Assembly: GCF_009931435.1 (NCBI RefSeq)
Contig: NZ_CP043414.1
DNA: 64,000 nucleotides
From: Escherichia coli
GTDB taxonomy: Bacteria; Pseudomonadota; Gammaproteobacteria; Enterobacterales; Enterobacteriaceae
Reading direction: 5' to 3' (one strand)
Shown here: positions 1 to 11,969 of the stretch, piece after piece
How positions within the stretch are numbered: the stretch's first letter is position 1
Layout of the letters: each line of letters starts with the position of its first letter
Notes under the pieces: model-generated
What the model saw: only the letters and a program-made list of their open reading frames with translations
Database searches by the model: none
Told to the model about the DNA's origin: nothing
Made by a program: the position numbers and the translations under genes

Positions 1-323
1 TGCGCTTTGTGCGTGGCGGTGTGGTTAATCCATTGATGCGTCTGCCGCGCAGTAATCTGCTCACCGTCGGTTACCGCATTCATGACGGTTATCTCGAACG
101 GTTAGCCTGGCCGCTGACCGATGCCGCAGGCAGCGTGAAGCCAACAACGCAAAAGTTGATTCCGGCGGATTCACTTCGTTTGCAGTTTTACGACGGCACT
201 CGCTGGCAGGAAACCTGGTCATCAGTGCAGGCGATCCCTGTGGCAGTGCGCATGACTCTGCATTCGCCGCAATGGGGCGAGATTGAACGCATCTGGTTGT
301 TACGCGGGCCGCAATTATCATGA
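1..323 (+). CDS. gspJ: Type II secretion minor pseudopilin GspJ, C-terminal part (5' end lies outside window)
   Basis: ORF runs from the window edge with no start; position directly upstream of gspK/L/M-like genes; stop overlaps the next gene's ATG (ATGA). Confidence 0.6.
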   Translation, partial: RFVRGGVVNPLMRLPRSNLLTVGYRIHDGYLERLAWPLTDAAGSVKPTTQKLIPADSLRLQFYDGTRWQETWSSVQAIPVAVRMTLHSPQWGEIERIWLLRGPQLS

Positions 324-1297
324 TCACCTCACCACCAAAACGCGGAATGGCACTGGTCGTAGTGCTGGTATTGCTGGCGGTCATGATGCTGGTAACCATC
401 ACGCTTTCCGGGCGGATGCAGCAACAACTTGGGCGAACGCGCAGCCAGCAGGAGTACCAGCAGGCGCTGTGGTATAGCGCCAGTGCAGAAAGCCTCGCGC
501 TGAGCGCACTCAGTCTGAGCCTGAAAAATGAAAAGCGCGTGCATCTGGCGCAGCCGTGGGCTTCCGGCCCTCGTTTGTTGCCACTGCCGCAGGGGCAAAT
601 TGCCGTCACTCTGCGTGACGCTCAGGCCTGCTTTAACCTGAATGCCCTTGCTCAACCAACAACGGCGTCGCGTCCGCTCGCGGTACAACAACTGATTGCC
701 CTGATCTCGCGCCTGGATGTGCCTGCTTATCGGGCCGAACTGATAGCCGAAAGCCTGTGGGAATTTATTGACGAAGACCGCAGCGTGCAGACGCGTCTGG
801 GCCGTGAAGACAGCGAGTATCTCGCCCGTTCGGTACCGTTCTACGCCGCCAATCAACCGCTGACCGATATCAGCGAAATGCGCGTGGTACAGGGAATGGA
901 CGCCGGCCTTTATCAAAAACTCAAACCGCTGGTCTGTGCGCTGCCGATGACCCACCAGCAAATCAACATCAACACCCTGGACGTCACGCAAAGTGTGATT
1001 CTTGAGGCGCTGTTTGACCCGTGGTTAAGCCCTGTTCAGGCGCGGGCGTTATTACAACAACGTCCGGCGAAGGGCTGGGAAGATGTCGATCAGTTTCTTG
1101 CACAGCCGCTACTTGCTGACGTCGATGAACGTACTAAAAAACAGCTAAAAACCGTCCTGAGCGTGGACAGCAATTACTTCTGGCTGCGTTCAGATATCAC
1201 CGTGAATGAGATTGAACTGACGATGAATTCGTTAATTGTCCGCATGGGCCCACAACACTTTTCTGTTCTCAGGCATCAGACAGGAGAAAGTGAGTGA
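320..1297 (+). CDS. gspK: Type II secretion minor pseudopilin GspK
   Basis: 325 aa; N-terminal hydrophobic pseudopilin-like segment (MALVVVLVLLAVMMLVTITL); size and position between gspJ- and gspL-like genes. Confidence 0.75.
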   Translation: MITSPPKRGMALVVVLVLLAVMMLVTITLSGRMQQQLGRTRSQQEYQQALWYSASAESLALSALSLSLKNEKRVHLAQPWASGPRLLPLPQGQIAVTLRDAQACFNLNALAQPTTASRPLAVQQLIALISRLDVPAYRAELIAESLWEFIDEDRSVQTRLGREDSEYLARSVPFYAANQPLTDISEMRVVQGMDAGLYQKLKPLVCALPMTHQQININTLDVTQSVILEALFDPWLSPVQARALLQQRPAKGWEDVDQFLAQPLLADVDERTKKQLKTVLSVDSNYFWLRSDITVNEIELTMNSLIVRMGPQHFSVLRHQTGESE

Positions 1298-2472
1298 GTT
1301 CCATGCTTGAGATTTTTTTCCCGCTTTGCGCCGCTGATTCCATCCGTTGGCAGCGTCGTACCGCCGACGTGGAGTGCGGCATCTGGCCTGACGTTGCTGA
1401 CGAACGTCTCCAGCAATGGCTGCAAACTGATGCGATTCGACTCTACATTCCCGGCGAATGGATCAGCGTCTGGCAGGTTGAACTGCCTGATGTCCCCCGC
1501 AAGCAGATACCAACTATTCTGCCCGCCTTACTGGAAGAAGAGCTGAACCAGGATATCGACGAACTGCATTTTGCCGCGTTGAAAATCGACCAGCAACAGG
1601 CAACCGTGGCAGTGATTCACCAGCAGCATATGCGCAACATTGCGCAGTGGTTGCAGACAAACGGCATTACCCGCGCCACCGTTGCACCGGACTGGATGTC
1701 CATTCCTTGTGGCTATATGGCTGGCGATGCGCAACGGGTTATCTGCCGCATCAATGAGTGCCGGGGATGGAGCGCCGGGCGGGCGCTGACTCCGGTCATG
1801 TTCCGCGCACAGTGCAATGAGCAGGATTTACCGCTTTCGCTAACCGTGGTCGGCATTGCTCCGGAAGAACTGTCTGCATGGGCTGGTGCGGACGCCGAAC
1901 GCCTGACCGTTACGGCTCTGCCCGCCATTACCATTTATGGCGAACCGGAAGGGAATCTGCTAACAGGGCCGTGGCAGCCTCGGGTCAGCTACCGAAAACA
2001 GTGGGCGCGCTGGCGGGTGATGATTCTGCCGATATTGCTGATTCTGGTTGCGCTGGCAGTGGAACGGGGCGTGACGTTATGGAGCATCAGCGAACAGGTG
2101 GCGCAAAGCCGCACCCAGGCGGAAAAAAAGTTCTTAACACTGTTCCCGGAGCAGAAGCGGATTGTGAATTTGCGTTCCCAGGTGACGATGGCGCTGAAAA
2201 AATATCGCCCGCAGGCCGATGATACCCGGCTGCTCGCCGAGTTGTCAGCGATAGCCAGCACCCTGAAATCAGCATCACTTTCCGACATCGAAATGCGTGG
2301 TTTCACCTTTGATCAAAAACGCCAGACGCTCCACCTTCAGTTGCGGGCCGCGAACTTTGCCAGTTTCGACAAACTGCGTAGCGCACTGGCGGCAGATTAT
2401 GTTGTGCAACAGGACGCGTTACAGAAAGAGGGTGATGCGGTTTCCGGCGGCGTAACGTTGCGGAGGAAATAA
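1294..2472 (+). CDS. gspL: Type II secretion inner-membrane protein GspL (K-12 yghE is a remnant of this gene)
   Basis: 392 aa; GTG start overlapping the gspK stop by 4 nt; single internal TM segment (WRVMILPILLILVALAV); followed by gspM-like gene. Confidence 0.75.
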   Translation: MSSMLEIFFPLCAADSIRWQRRTADVECGIWPDVADERLQQWLQTDAIRLYIPGEWISVWQVELPDVPRKQIPTILPALLEEELNQDIDELHFAALKIDQQQATVAVIHQQHMRNIAQWLQTNGITRATVAPDWMSIPCGYMAGDAQRVICRINECRGWSAGRALTPVMFRAQCNEQDLPLSLTVVGIAPEELSAWAGADAERLTVTALPAITIYGEPEGNLLTGPWQPRVSYRKQWARWRVMILPILLILVALAVERGVTLWSISEQVAQSRTQAEKKFLTLFPEQKRIVNLRSQVTMALKKYRPQADDTRLLAELSAIASTLKSASLSDIEMRGFTFDQKRQTLHLQLRAANFASFDKLRSALAADYVVQQDALQKEGDAVSGGVTLRRK

Positions 2473-2473
2473 C

Positions 2474-3010
2474 ATGTTACGCGATAAATTTATTCACTAT
2501 TTTCAGCAATGGCGTGAACGCCAGTTAAGCCGTGGCGAACACTGGCTGGCACAACACCTAGCGGGGCGTTCTCCGCGCGAAAAGGGCATGTTACTGGCTG
2601 CGGTAGTGTTCCTGTTTAGTGCCGGATATTACGTCCTCATCTGGCAACCGCTGAGCGAACGGATTGAGCAACAGGAGACGATGTTGCAGCAACTGGAGGC
2701 AATGAACACCCGACTGAAGCGCGCCGCGCCGGATATTATTGCAGCGCGAAACTCCGCCACAACAACGCCTGCGCAGGTATCGCGGGTCATCAGTGATAGT
2801 GCTTCCGCGCACTCGGTGGTCATCAAACGGATAGCCGAGCGTGGGGAGAATATTCAAGTCTGGATAGAACCTGTGGTGTTTAATGACCTGCTGAATTGGT
2901 TAAACGCGCTGGATGAAAAGTATGCGCTGCGGGTGACACAAATTGATGTCAGCGCTGGTGAGAAGACTGGGATGGTGAATGTGCAGCGGCTGGAGTTTGG
3001 ACGGGGATAA
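2474..3010 (+). CDS. gspM: Type II secretion protein GspM (YghD-like)
   Basis: 178 aa, same length as K-12 YghD; N-terminal TM; immediately after gspL; last gene before pheV. Confidence 0.8.
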   Translation: MLRDKFIHYFQQWRERQLSRGEHWLAQHLAGRSPREKGMLLAAVVFLFSAGYYVLIWQPLSERIEQQETMLQQLEAMNTRLKRAAPDIIAARNSATTTPAQVSRVISDSASAHSVVIKRIAERGENIQVWIEPVVFNDLLNWLNALDEKYALRVTQIDVSAGEKTGMVNVQRLEFGRG

Positions 3011-3120
3011 AGTATCAGGAGATTAATATCAATAAAATTACTCTCGTTAACGTGGCGAGAGTAATTCCCCCAGCCCTTATAAGCTAAGTTTTTTCGTGAA
3101 GGTTATTGTCAGATCCAAAA

Positions 3121-3148
3121 GCAAAAACCCGCCTTGTGGGCGGGTTCT
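3121..3148 (-). terminator. Rho-independent terminator downstream of pheV
   Basis: Minus-strand hairpin ACCCGCC-CACAA-GGCGGGT followed by a T-run, immediately 3' of the tRNA. Confidence 0.55.
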
Positions 3149-3157
3149 TTAGAATAG

Positions 3158-3233
3158 TGGTGCCCGGACTCGGAATCGAACCAAGGACACGGGGATTTTC
3201 AATCCCCTGCTCTACCGACTGAGCTATCCGGGC
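3158..3233 (-). tRNA. pheV: tRNA-Phe (GAA anticodon)
   Basis: Minus-strand sequence GCCCGGATAGCTCAGTCGGTAGAGCAGGGGATTGAAAATCCCCGTGTCCTTGGTTCGATTCCGAGTCCGGGCACCA matches E. coli tRNA-Phe; the CCA end is encoded. Confidence 0.95.
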
Positions 3234-3338
3234 AACGGGGCGCATTAAACCTGATTCGCCTCGTCTCGTCAATCAAATTTCTTCAATTTACTGCAGACTG
3301 CACAATCTATCATCACTTTGCCGCTATTGCACGCATTG

Positions 3339-4046
3339 TCAGGCAAACCAGGCGGTCCAGGCGGCGGAAAGCGGCATTGCCAGAAGCAATGCTGGAAGCA
3401 TGTTGACCACCGGGAACATTTTAATGCCACAAATGCGTAATCCGGTTGCCAGCAGCAATAAACCGCCTACAGCGCTGAAGTCTGCCATCATCGACGGTGT
3501 GGTCAGCGGTAATATCAGCGCGGCAGCCCACGCCAGCGTTAACTGGATGATCAGTAATGGGATACTAATTACCGACACCGCAATACCCAACGAGCAGGCG
3601 AAGATCATCGCCGTAAAGAAATCGAGAAATGACTTGGCGATTAAAATACTCGGATCGCCGGTCATCCCTTCGTTCATCGCCCCGAAGATCCCGGTGCCGC
3701 TGGCGCAAAACAGGACAATAATCGCGACATAATTCTGAATAAAAGATTCATGCGCTGGCTTCTTACGTGAGTGGCGAAACAGATTTTGCGCTTTGGCGAC
3801 CACTGTATTGACGCCTTTTTCCAGCAGACAAATTTCGCCAATTAGAGCGCCAAGTAGCGTAGCTAAAACCATCGCTGGAAGGTTGGCGCATTTCACCACC
3901 AGTAAAATACCAATCCCCAGCGATGCCAGACCAAAAATAGATGTCATGGAAACGCGGATACGTTCCGGTAAACGTTGGCTGAGCAGAGCGCCGATAACGC
4001 CACCCAGTAAGACTGCACTCGCGTTGATAAAAGGGCCGATGACCAC
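3339..4046 (-). CDS. yqgA: Inner membrane protein YqgA (DUF554 family)
   Basis: 235 aa polytopic membrane protein; length and position between pheV and speC as in K-12. Confidence 0.85.
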   Translation of the reverse strand: MVIGPFINASAVLLGGVIGALLSQRLPERIRVSMTSIFGLASLGIGILLVVKCANLPAMVLATLLGALIGEICLLEKGVNTVVAKAQNLFRHSRKKPAHESFIQNYVAIIVLFCASGTGIFGAMNEGMTGDPSILIAKSFLDFFTAMIFACSLGIAVSVISIPLLIIQLTLAWAAALILPLTTPSMMADFSAVGGLLLLATGLRICGIKMFPVVNMLPALLLAMPLSAAWTAWFA

Positions 4047-4438
4047 AAGAGTTCCTGTTAACTGTATTGTTTGATTTTCTTATTATGAACTTTTTGCCTT
4101 GTTGATGGCTTGTTTGGTCGCAAAGTCCTGGCTTGCACGCTTTAGCGAAAGGTGCCATGATTGCGCGAATTTTCTCCTCTCTGTACGGAGTTTGCCCGAT
4201 GCACGCCACCTCCTTACATTCTCTCGCTTATCGCCGTTTCGCGCGAAACTCCTCCCTTTTTCTGCTCATGCGGTGAAGTTAACGCACGCTCACTGCAGGA
4301 CAACAGTAAAATCAGAGCGTTTCTGCTTTTACTGATGTCTGGCGGTCGGAGCTGGTGACCAGTTTGACCCATATCTCGTGGGGCAGGGTTTTTCACCTTG
4401 TCCGGTATTCTTACTTCCCCGAAACGGGTTTTGCGCTT

Positions 4439-6574
4439 ATGAAATCAATGAATATTGCCGCCAGTAGTGAACTGGTATCCCGACTTTCTACTCATCGCCG
4501 CGTGGTGGCGTTGGGAGATACTGATTTTACGGACGTCGCGGCAGTCGTCATTACCGCTGCGGATAGTCGCAGTGGCATTCTTACGTTGCTTAAGCGCACC
4601 GGTTTTCATCTACCGGTGTTTTTGTATTCCGAACATGCTGTTGAATTACCTGCGGGCGTTACGGCGGTAATCAACGGCAACGAGCAGCAGTGGCTGGAGC
4701 TGGAATCCGCAGCCTGTCAGTATGAAGAGAATTTGCTGCCACCGTTTTATGACACGCTGACGCAGTACGTTGAGATGGGCAATAGCACCTTTGCTTGCCC
4801 TGGGCATCAACATGGTGCTTTCTTTAAAAAGCATCCTGCCGGACGCCATTTTTACGATTTCTTTGGCGAGAACATCTTTCGCGCCGATATGTGTAACGCT
4901 GACGTAAAATTGGGCGATCTGCTTATTCATGAAGGATCGGCGAAAGATGCGCAGAAATTCGCAGCCAAAGTCTTTCATGCCGATAAAACCTATTTTGTAC
5001 TGAACGGCACATCGGCAGCGAATAAAGTGGTGACGAATGCGCTATTAACGCGTGGCGATCTGGTGCTCTTCGACCGTAACAACCATAAGTCGAATCATCA
5101 TGGCGCGTTGATTCAGGCGGGGGCGACGCCGGTCTATCTGGAAGCTTCACGCAACCCGTTTGGTTTCATTGGTGGTATTGATGCGCACTGCTTTAATGAA
5201 GAGTATCTGCGCCAGCAAATTCGCGACGTTGCGCCAGAAAAAGCCGACCTGCCGCGTCCGTTTCGTCTGGCGATTATTCAGCTGGGAACCTATGACGGCA
5301 CTGTCTATAACGCCCGACAGGTGGTCGATACCATTGGGCATCTGTGTGATTACATTCTGTTTGATTCCGCGTGGGTCGGTTACGAACAGTTTATCCCGAT
5401 GATGGCAGATAGCTCGCCGCTGCTGTTAGAGCTTAACGAAAACGATCCGGGGATCTTTGTGACGCAGTCGGTGCATAAACAGCAGGCGGGCTTCTCGCAG
5501 ACATCGCAGATCCATAAAAAAGATAACCATATTCGCGGGCAGGCGCGTTTTTGCCCGCATAAGCGGTTAAATAATGCCTTTATGCTCCATGCTTCTACCA
5601 GCCCGTTCTATCCGCTGTTTGCCGCGCTGGACGTTAACGCCAAAATTCATGAAGGGGAGAGTGGGCGTCGGCTGTGGGCGGAGTGCGTTGCGTTGGGGAT
5701 TGAAGCCCGGAAGGCGATTCTTGCGCGCTGTAAGCTGTTCCGCCCGTTTATTCCACCCGTTGTTGATGGCAAATTGTGGCAGGATTATCCGACGTCAGTG
5801 TTAGCCAGCGACCGTCGTTTTTTCAGTTTTGAGCCGGGGGCGAAGTGGCACGGCTTTGAAGGATATGCCGCGGAGCAGTATTTTGTCGATCCGTGTAAGC
5901 TGTTACTGACCACACCAGGTATTGATGCTGAAACCGGTGAATATAGCGACTTTGGCGTTCCGGCGACGATTCTGGCGCATTATCTGCGTGAGAACGGTAT
6001 TGTGCCGGAGAAGTGCGATCTCAACTCCATTCTGTTCTTATTAACGCCGGCGGAAAGCCACGAGAAGCTGGCACAACTGGTGGCGATGCTGGCGCAGTTT
6101 GAACAGCATATTGAGGATGACTCACCGCTGGCTGAGGTGTTGCCGAGCGTTTATAACAAATATCCGGTGCGCTATCGCGACTACACTTTGCGCCAGTTGT
6201 GTCAGGAGATGCACGATCTGTATGTCAGTTTCGACGTTAAAGATCTCCAAAAAGCGATGTTCCGCCAGCAGAGTTTCCCGTCAGTGGTGATGAACCCCCA
6301 GGACGCGCATAGCGCTTATATTCGCGGTGAAGTGGAGTTGGTGCGGATTCGTGATGCCGAAGGGCGAATTGCGGCAGAAGGGGCGTTGCCTTATCCACCA
6401 GGCGTGCTTTGCGTGGTACCCGGGGAGGTCTGGGGCGGGGCGGTCCAGCGTTATTTCCTTGCGCTGGAAGAAGGGGTGAATTTGCTGCCAGGTTTTTCAC
6501 CGGAGCTGCAAGGTGTCTATAGCGAAACCGATGCGGATGGTATGAAACGGTTGTACGGGTATGTGTTGAAGTAA
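4439..6574 (+). CDS. speC: Ornithine decarboxylase, constitutive
   Basis: ORF is 739 aa; trimmed to the internal MKSMNIAASSELVSRL start (711 aa), the K-12 SpeC N terminus; fold-type I PLP decarboxylase. Confidence 0.93.
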   Translation: MKSMNIAASSELVSRLSTHRRVVALGDTDFTDVAAVVITAADSRSGILTLLKRTGFHLPVFLYSEHAVELPAGVTAVINGNEQQWLELESAACQYEENLLPPFYDTLTQYVEMGNSTFACPGHQHGAFFKKHPAGRHFYDFFGENIFRADMCNADVKLGDLLIHEGSAKDAQKFAAKVFHADKTYFVLNGTSAANKVVTNALLTRGDLVLFDRNNHKSNHHGALIQAGATPVYLEASRNPFGFIGGIDAHCFNEEYLRQQIRDVAPEKADLPRPFRLAIIQLGTYDGTVYNARQVVDTIGHLCDYILFDSAWVGYEQFIPMMADSSPLLLELNENDPGIFVTQSVHKQQAGFSQTSQIHKKDNHIRGQARFCPHKRLNNAFMLHASTSPFYPLFAALDVNAKIHEGESGRRLWAECVALGIEARKAILARCKLFRPFIPPVVDGKLWQDYPTSVLASDRRFFSFEPGAKWHGFEGYAAEQYFVDPCKLLLTTPGIDAETGEYSDFGVPATILAHYLRENGIVPEKCDLNSILFLLTPAESHEKLAQLVAMLAQFEQHIEDDSPLAEVLPSVYNKYPVRYRDYTLRQLCQEMHDLYVSFDVKDLQKAMFRQQSFPSVVMNPQDAHSAYIRGEVELVRIRDAEGRIAAEGALPYPPGVLCVVPGEVWGGAVQRYFLALEEGVNLLPGFSPELQGVYSETDADGMKRLYGYVLK

Positions 6575-6577
6575 GAA

Positions 6578-6613
6578 TAAAAAAACGGGTCACCTTCTGG
6601 CGACCCGTTTTTC
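6578..6613. terminator. Bidirectional intrinsic terminator between convergent speC and nupG
   Basis: Hairpin ACGGGTC-N-GACCCGT flanked by an A-run on one side and a T-run on the other. Confidence 0.5.
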
Positions 6614-6622
6614 TTTGCGTAA

Positions 6623-7879
6623 TTAGTGGCTAACCGTCTGTGTGCCTGTCGGGACACGAACGTGTTTATATTTGAACATCGCCATGAACGCGAAGGCCAG
6701 AACCACGGAGTAACCTGCGAAAATCAGCCATACGGTCTGCCAGTCGGTAATGCCGTTTTGGGTGTACATCTCAACCACTTTACCGCTCACGATGCCGCCG
6801 AGGATACAGCCGAAGCCGTTAGTCATCATCAGGAACATCCCCTGCGCACTGGCGCGAATTGCCGGGCTAACTTCTTTTTCGACAAACACCGAACCAGAGA
6901 TGTTGAAGAAGTCGAATGCGCAACCGTAAACGATCATCGACAGTACCAGCAGCACGGTACCGAACGGAGTCGGGTCGCCGTAAGCAAACAGCGCAAAACG
7001 CAGGATCCACGCCACGATACTGATCATCATTACGTTCTTAATACCGTAGCGGCTTAAGAAGAACGGGATGGTCAGAATGAACAGGGTTTCAGAGATCTGC
7101 GAAATCGACATGATGATTGACGCATGCTGCACGATGAAGCTGCTGGCAAACATCGGATCTTTGTCGAAGCTGTGCAGGAAGGTGTTACCGAACATGTTGG
7201 TAATCTGCAGTTCCGCGCCCAGCAGCATTGAGAAGATGAAGAAGATTGCCATACGCTTGTTTTTAAACAGCGCGAATGCATCGAGGCCCAGCAGGGTTGT
7301 CCAGCTCTGATTCGCTTGTTGTTTAGCAACCGGAATATGCGGCAGAGTCAGGGTAAACAGAACCAGAACGGCGGAAAGAGCTGCGCCAATATACAGCTGC
7401 ATGTGGCTTAATTCGAAGCCAGACAGGCTCACCACCCACATTGCCATGATAAAGCCGATGGTGCCCCAGATACGGATTGGCGGGAAGTCAGTAACGATAT
7501 CCATCCCGGCATTTTGCAGGCGATAGTATGAGATGGTGTTGATTAACCCAAGCGTTGGCATATAAGCAAACGAGTTAATCAATATCACAAGGAACATCGC
7601 CTCCGGCGTCGTGACCTGTGCTGCCATGAACAGCGTGATAGCGCCAATGGTGTGGCAAATGGCATATACCCATTTCGCACTTAACCATTTGTCGGCCACA
7701 ATCCCCAGCAGCGCAGGCATAAAGACCGCGGCGATACCCAGTGAGCTATAAACTGCGCCAATAGAAGCACCGTCAAACTTCAGGGTAACAAACATATAGG
7801 AACCGAGGGTCGTCAGCCAACTTCCCCACAGACAGAACTGCAGAAAAGAGAGGATTTTCAGCTGCAGCTTAAGATTCAT
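6623..7879 (-). CDS. nupG: Nucleoside:H+ symporter NupG (MFS)
   Basis: ORF trimmed to MNLKLQLKILSFLQF start (418 aa); 12-TM profile. Confidence 0.9.
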   Translation of the reverse strand: MNLKLQLKILSFLQFCLWGSWLTTLGSYMFVTLKFDGASIGAVYSSLGIAAVFMPALLGIVADKWLSAKWVYAICHTIGAITLFMAAQVTTPEAMFLVILINSFAYMPTLGLINTISYYRLQNAGMDIVTDFPPIRIWGTIGFIMAMWVVSLSGFELSHMQLYIGAALSAVLVLFTLTLPHIPVAKQQANQSWTTLLGLDAFALFKNKRMAIFFIFSMLLGAELQITNMFGNTFLHSFDKDPMFASSFIVQHASIIMSISQISETLFILTIPFFLSRYGIKNVMMISIVAWILRFALFAYGDPTPFGTVLLVLSMIVYGCAFDFFNISGSVFVEKEVSPAIRASAQGMFLMMTNGFGCILGGIVSGKVVEMYTQNGITDWQTVWLIFAGYSVVLAFAFMAMFKYKHVRVPTGTQTVSH

Positions 7880-8026
7880 GTTAATTTCCTCACATCGTGA
7901 TGCGGATGAGTGTTTGAAAAAGCACATTTGACCGTGCGAGATGATGCGATTCTATCAACTTCGCAGACTGGTTTTTTGTTACCTGTGGCAAATAATTGCA
8001 AACATTCCCAATTTGCAAAACGAAAT

Positions 8027-8042
8027 TGTGATGTGGATAACA
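8027..8042 (-). promoter_or_regulatory. Candidate CRP-binding site upstream of nupG
   Basis: TGTGA-N6-TAACA close to the CRP consensus TGTGA-N6-TCACA, about 150 bp upstream of the nupG start; nupG is CRP/CytR-controlled in K-12 (from memory). Confidence 0.3.
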
Positions 8043-8080
8043 TTTTTGCCCCTGAGCATCGTCAGGGGCGGTTAGTGGAA

Positions 8081-9187
<1,107 letters not shown>

Positions 9188-9224
9188 TTATGCAAGTTGC
9201 CGGAGACGTGCTCCGGCACTGTTT

Positions 9225-9503
<279 letters not shown>

Positions 9504-9527
9504 TCATCCTCTTTATCGACTCACGCG

Positions 9528-10580
9528 CTAAACCGGCGCGCCAGTGCGTAACTGCTGTAACAAACGCTCCACGGGAGCCGCCAGGCCAACTGACGGCGGT
9601 TGCGCTAAGTTATACCAGAGCGCATTGCCTTCATCCATGCAGCCGGTGAATGACGACACGGGAAGCCACATAGGCACAATATCTAAGTGGAAATGGCTGA
9701 AGGTATGCCGAAACGCGGTCAGTTGCGTCAGGTTATCGGCAGAAATCTGCCGTTGCGCCAGCCACTGCCGCAAACTTTCTTCATCGGCAAACTGCGGGAA
9801 ACAGTATAAACCGCCCCACAATCCGCTCGGCGGACGCTGCGCCAGCAATACTTCATCTTCGTGCTGTAACAGCAAAAAGTAGCCGGTGCGCTCCGGTAGC
9901 GTCTGTTTCGGTTTTTTGCCCGGATAAAGCGACCAGCTATTGTTGGCGGCGGCAATACATCCGTTTTGTAGCGGACAGAGCGAACATTTCGGCTTAGAGC
10001 GCGTACAAATCATCGCGCCCAAATCCATCATCGCCTGGTTAAACCGTTCCACGCCAACCGCGGGCGTCACCTGCTCGCTCAAACTCCATAGTTTATTCTC
10101 GACCTCTTTTTTCCCAGGCCAGCCGCTTACAGCATAGCAGCGCGCCAGCACGCGTTTGACGTTACCGTCGAGAATCGGAAAGTGCTTACCCAGAGAAAGC
10201 GAGAGAATCGCGCCTGCGGTGGAACGCCCGACGCCCGGTAACGCGGCAACCTCATCAAAGGTTTCCGGGAATTTACCGCCGTGTAAGGTGGCAACTTGCT
10301 GTGCCGCTTTATGTAGATTGCGCGCGCGGGCGTAATAGCCCAGTCCGGTCCACAAGTGGAGAACTTCGTCCAGCGGCGCATTGGCGAGATCGGTCACCGT
10401 CGGGAAGCGCGCCATAAAGCGTTCAAAATAGGGGATAACGGTCGCAACCTGAGTTTGTTGCAACATCACTTCTGAGAGCCATACTTTGTAGGGCGTCTTG
10501 TCAATTTGCCAGGGCAGAGTTTTTCGCCCGTATTTATCGTACCAGTCCAGAACCTGAGCTGAAAATTGCGACGCTTGCAT
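9528..10580 (-). CDS. mutY: Adenine DNA glycosylase MutY
   Basis: ORF trimmed to [25 protein letters not shown] start (350 aa); HhH-GPD fold with C-terminal Cys cluster ([17 protein letters not shown]). Confidence 0.9.
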   Translation of the reverse strand: MQASQFSAQVLDWYDKYGRKTLPWQIDKTPYKVWLSEVMLQQTQVATVIPYFERFMARFPTVTDLANAPLDEVLHLWTGLGYYARARNLHKAAQQVATLHGGKFPETFDEVAALPGVGRSTAGAILSLSLGKHFPILDGNVKRVLARCYAVSGWPGKKEVENKLWSLSEQVTPAVGVERFNQAMMDLGAMICTRSKPKCSLCPLQNGCIAAANNSWSLYPGKKPKQTLPERTGYFLLLQHEDEVLLAQRPPSGLWGGLYCFPQFADEESLRQWLAQRQISADNLTQLTAFRHTFSHFHLDIVPMWLPVSSFTGCMDEGNALWYNLAQPPSVGLAAPVERLLQQLRTGAPV

Positions 10581-10740
10581 GGTCACCGAATTAACTGTTG
10601 TTGGGGGCAAGATTGCAGCACAGCGACGGCAGGGTGTAAACCGGAACTTTCCGCAGCCACGGCCTTATCATGCTTGCATCCGGCAACTAACTTTGGATAA
10701 TGCCCGTTTTCAGAACACTTTCACAAGCGACTAAATCTTT

Positions 10741-11460
10741 ATGAAAAACGACGTCATCTCACCGGAATTTGATGAAAACGGCCGCCCACTGCGCCGTATC
10801 CGTAGTTTTGTGCGCCGCCAGGGGCGACTGACCAAAGGCCAGGAACATGCGCTGGAAAACTACTGGCCGGTGATGGGCGTTGAGTTCAGCGAAGATATGC
10901 TGGATTTCCCTGCGCTTTTTGGCCGTGAAGCGCCAGTGACGCTTGAGATTGGTTTCGGCATGGGGGCGTCGCTGGTGGCAATGGCTAAAGATCGCCCTGA
11001 GCAGGACTTCCTCGGCATTGAAGTGCATTCACCAGGCGTTGGTGCGTGCCTGGCTTCTGCGCATGAAGAGGGCTTAAGCAACCTGCGCGTGATGTGTCAC
11101 GATGCGGTTGAAGTGCTACACAAAATGATTCCTGACAATTCATTGCGCATGGTACAGCTCTTTTTCCCTGACCCGTGGCACAAAGCGCGCCATAATAAAC
11201 GCCGTATCGTTCAGGTGCCGTTTGCCGAACTGGTAAAAAGCAAACTGCAACTGGGGGGCGTATTCCATATGGCGACCGACTGGGAACCTTATGCGGAACA
11301 TATGCTTGAAGTGATGTCTTCGATTGACGGTTATAAAAACCTGTCAGAGAGCAATGATTACGTACCGCGTCCGGCATCACGTCCGGTGACGAAATTTGAA
11401 CAACGTGGTCATCGTCTTGGTCACGGAGTATGGGACTTAATGTTCGAGAGGGTGAAATAA
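10741..11460 (+). CDS. trmB: tRNA (guanine46-N7)-methyltransferase
   Basis: 239 aa; divergent from mutY as in K-12. Confidence 0.9.
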   Translation: MKNDVISPEFDENGRPLRRIRSFVRRQGRLTKGQEHALENYWPVMGVEFSEDMLDFPALFGREAPVTLEIGFGMGASLVAMAKDRPEQDFLGIEVHSPGVGACLASAHEEGLSNLRVMCHDAVEVLHKMIPDNSLRMVQLFFPDPWHKARHNKRRIVQVPFAELVKSKLQLGGVFHMATDWEPYAEHMLEVMSSIDGYKNLSESNDYVPRPASRPVTKFEQRGHRLGHGVWDLMFERVK

Positions 11461-11786
11461 TGGCAAAGAACCGTAGCCGTCGTCTGCGTAAAAAAATGCA
11501 CATCGACGAATTCCAGGAATTAGGATTTTCGGTGGCATGGCGATTCCCGGAAGGTACATCGGAAGAACAGATTGATAAAACCGTTGATGACTTTATTAAC
11601 GAGGTTATCGAACCGAACAAACTGGCCTTTGACGGCAGCGGATATCTGGCCTGGGAAGGTCTGATCTGCATGCAGGAAATCGGCAAATGCACCGAAGAAC
11701 ATCAGGCGATTGTGCGTAAGTGGCTGGAAGAACGCAAACTGGAAGAGGTACGCACCAGCGAACTTTTCGACGTTTGGTGGGACTAA
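11460..11786 (+). CDS. yggL: DUF469 protein YggL
   Basis: ORF trimmed to [18 protein letters not shown] start (108 aa); ATG overlaps the trmB stop by 1 nt. Confidence 0.85.
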   Translation: MAKNRSRRLRKKMHIDEFQELGFSVAWRFPEGTSEEQIDKTVDDFINEVIEPNKLAFDGSGYLAWEGLICMQEIGKCTEEHQAIVRKWLEERKLEEVRTSELFDVWWD

Positions 11787-11814
11787 GAAAGCATACGGGC
11801 GATGACAAATGCAA

Positions 11815-11905
<91 letters not shown>

Positions 11906-11969
11906 CATGTACTTTGTTATCAATCTGGGGCCAGCAAATGCTGGCCTGATTTGTTCTTGAGGGAAGACT

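Noticed and set aside
3011-3338. Genomic island or integrase at the pheV 3' end
   Set aside because: pheV is a known island hot-spot, but no integrase, direct repeat of the tRNA 3' end or phage-like gene is present in the window.
4355-4438. N-terminal extensions in the ORF track (speC 739 vs 711 aa, mutY, nupG, yggR, ruvX, loiP, epd, pgk, fbaA and others)
   Set aside because: In each case an internal Met reproduces the remembered K-12 N terminus; the extensions are open reading-frame artefacts, not longer isoforms.
10985-11692. 235-aa ORF antisense to trmB/yggL
   Set aside because: Spans two real genes on the opposite strand; no domain features.
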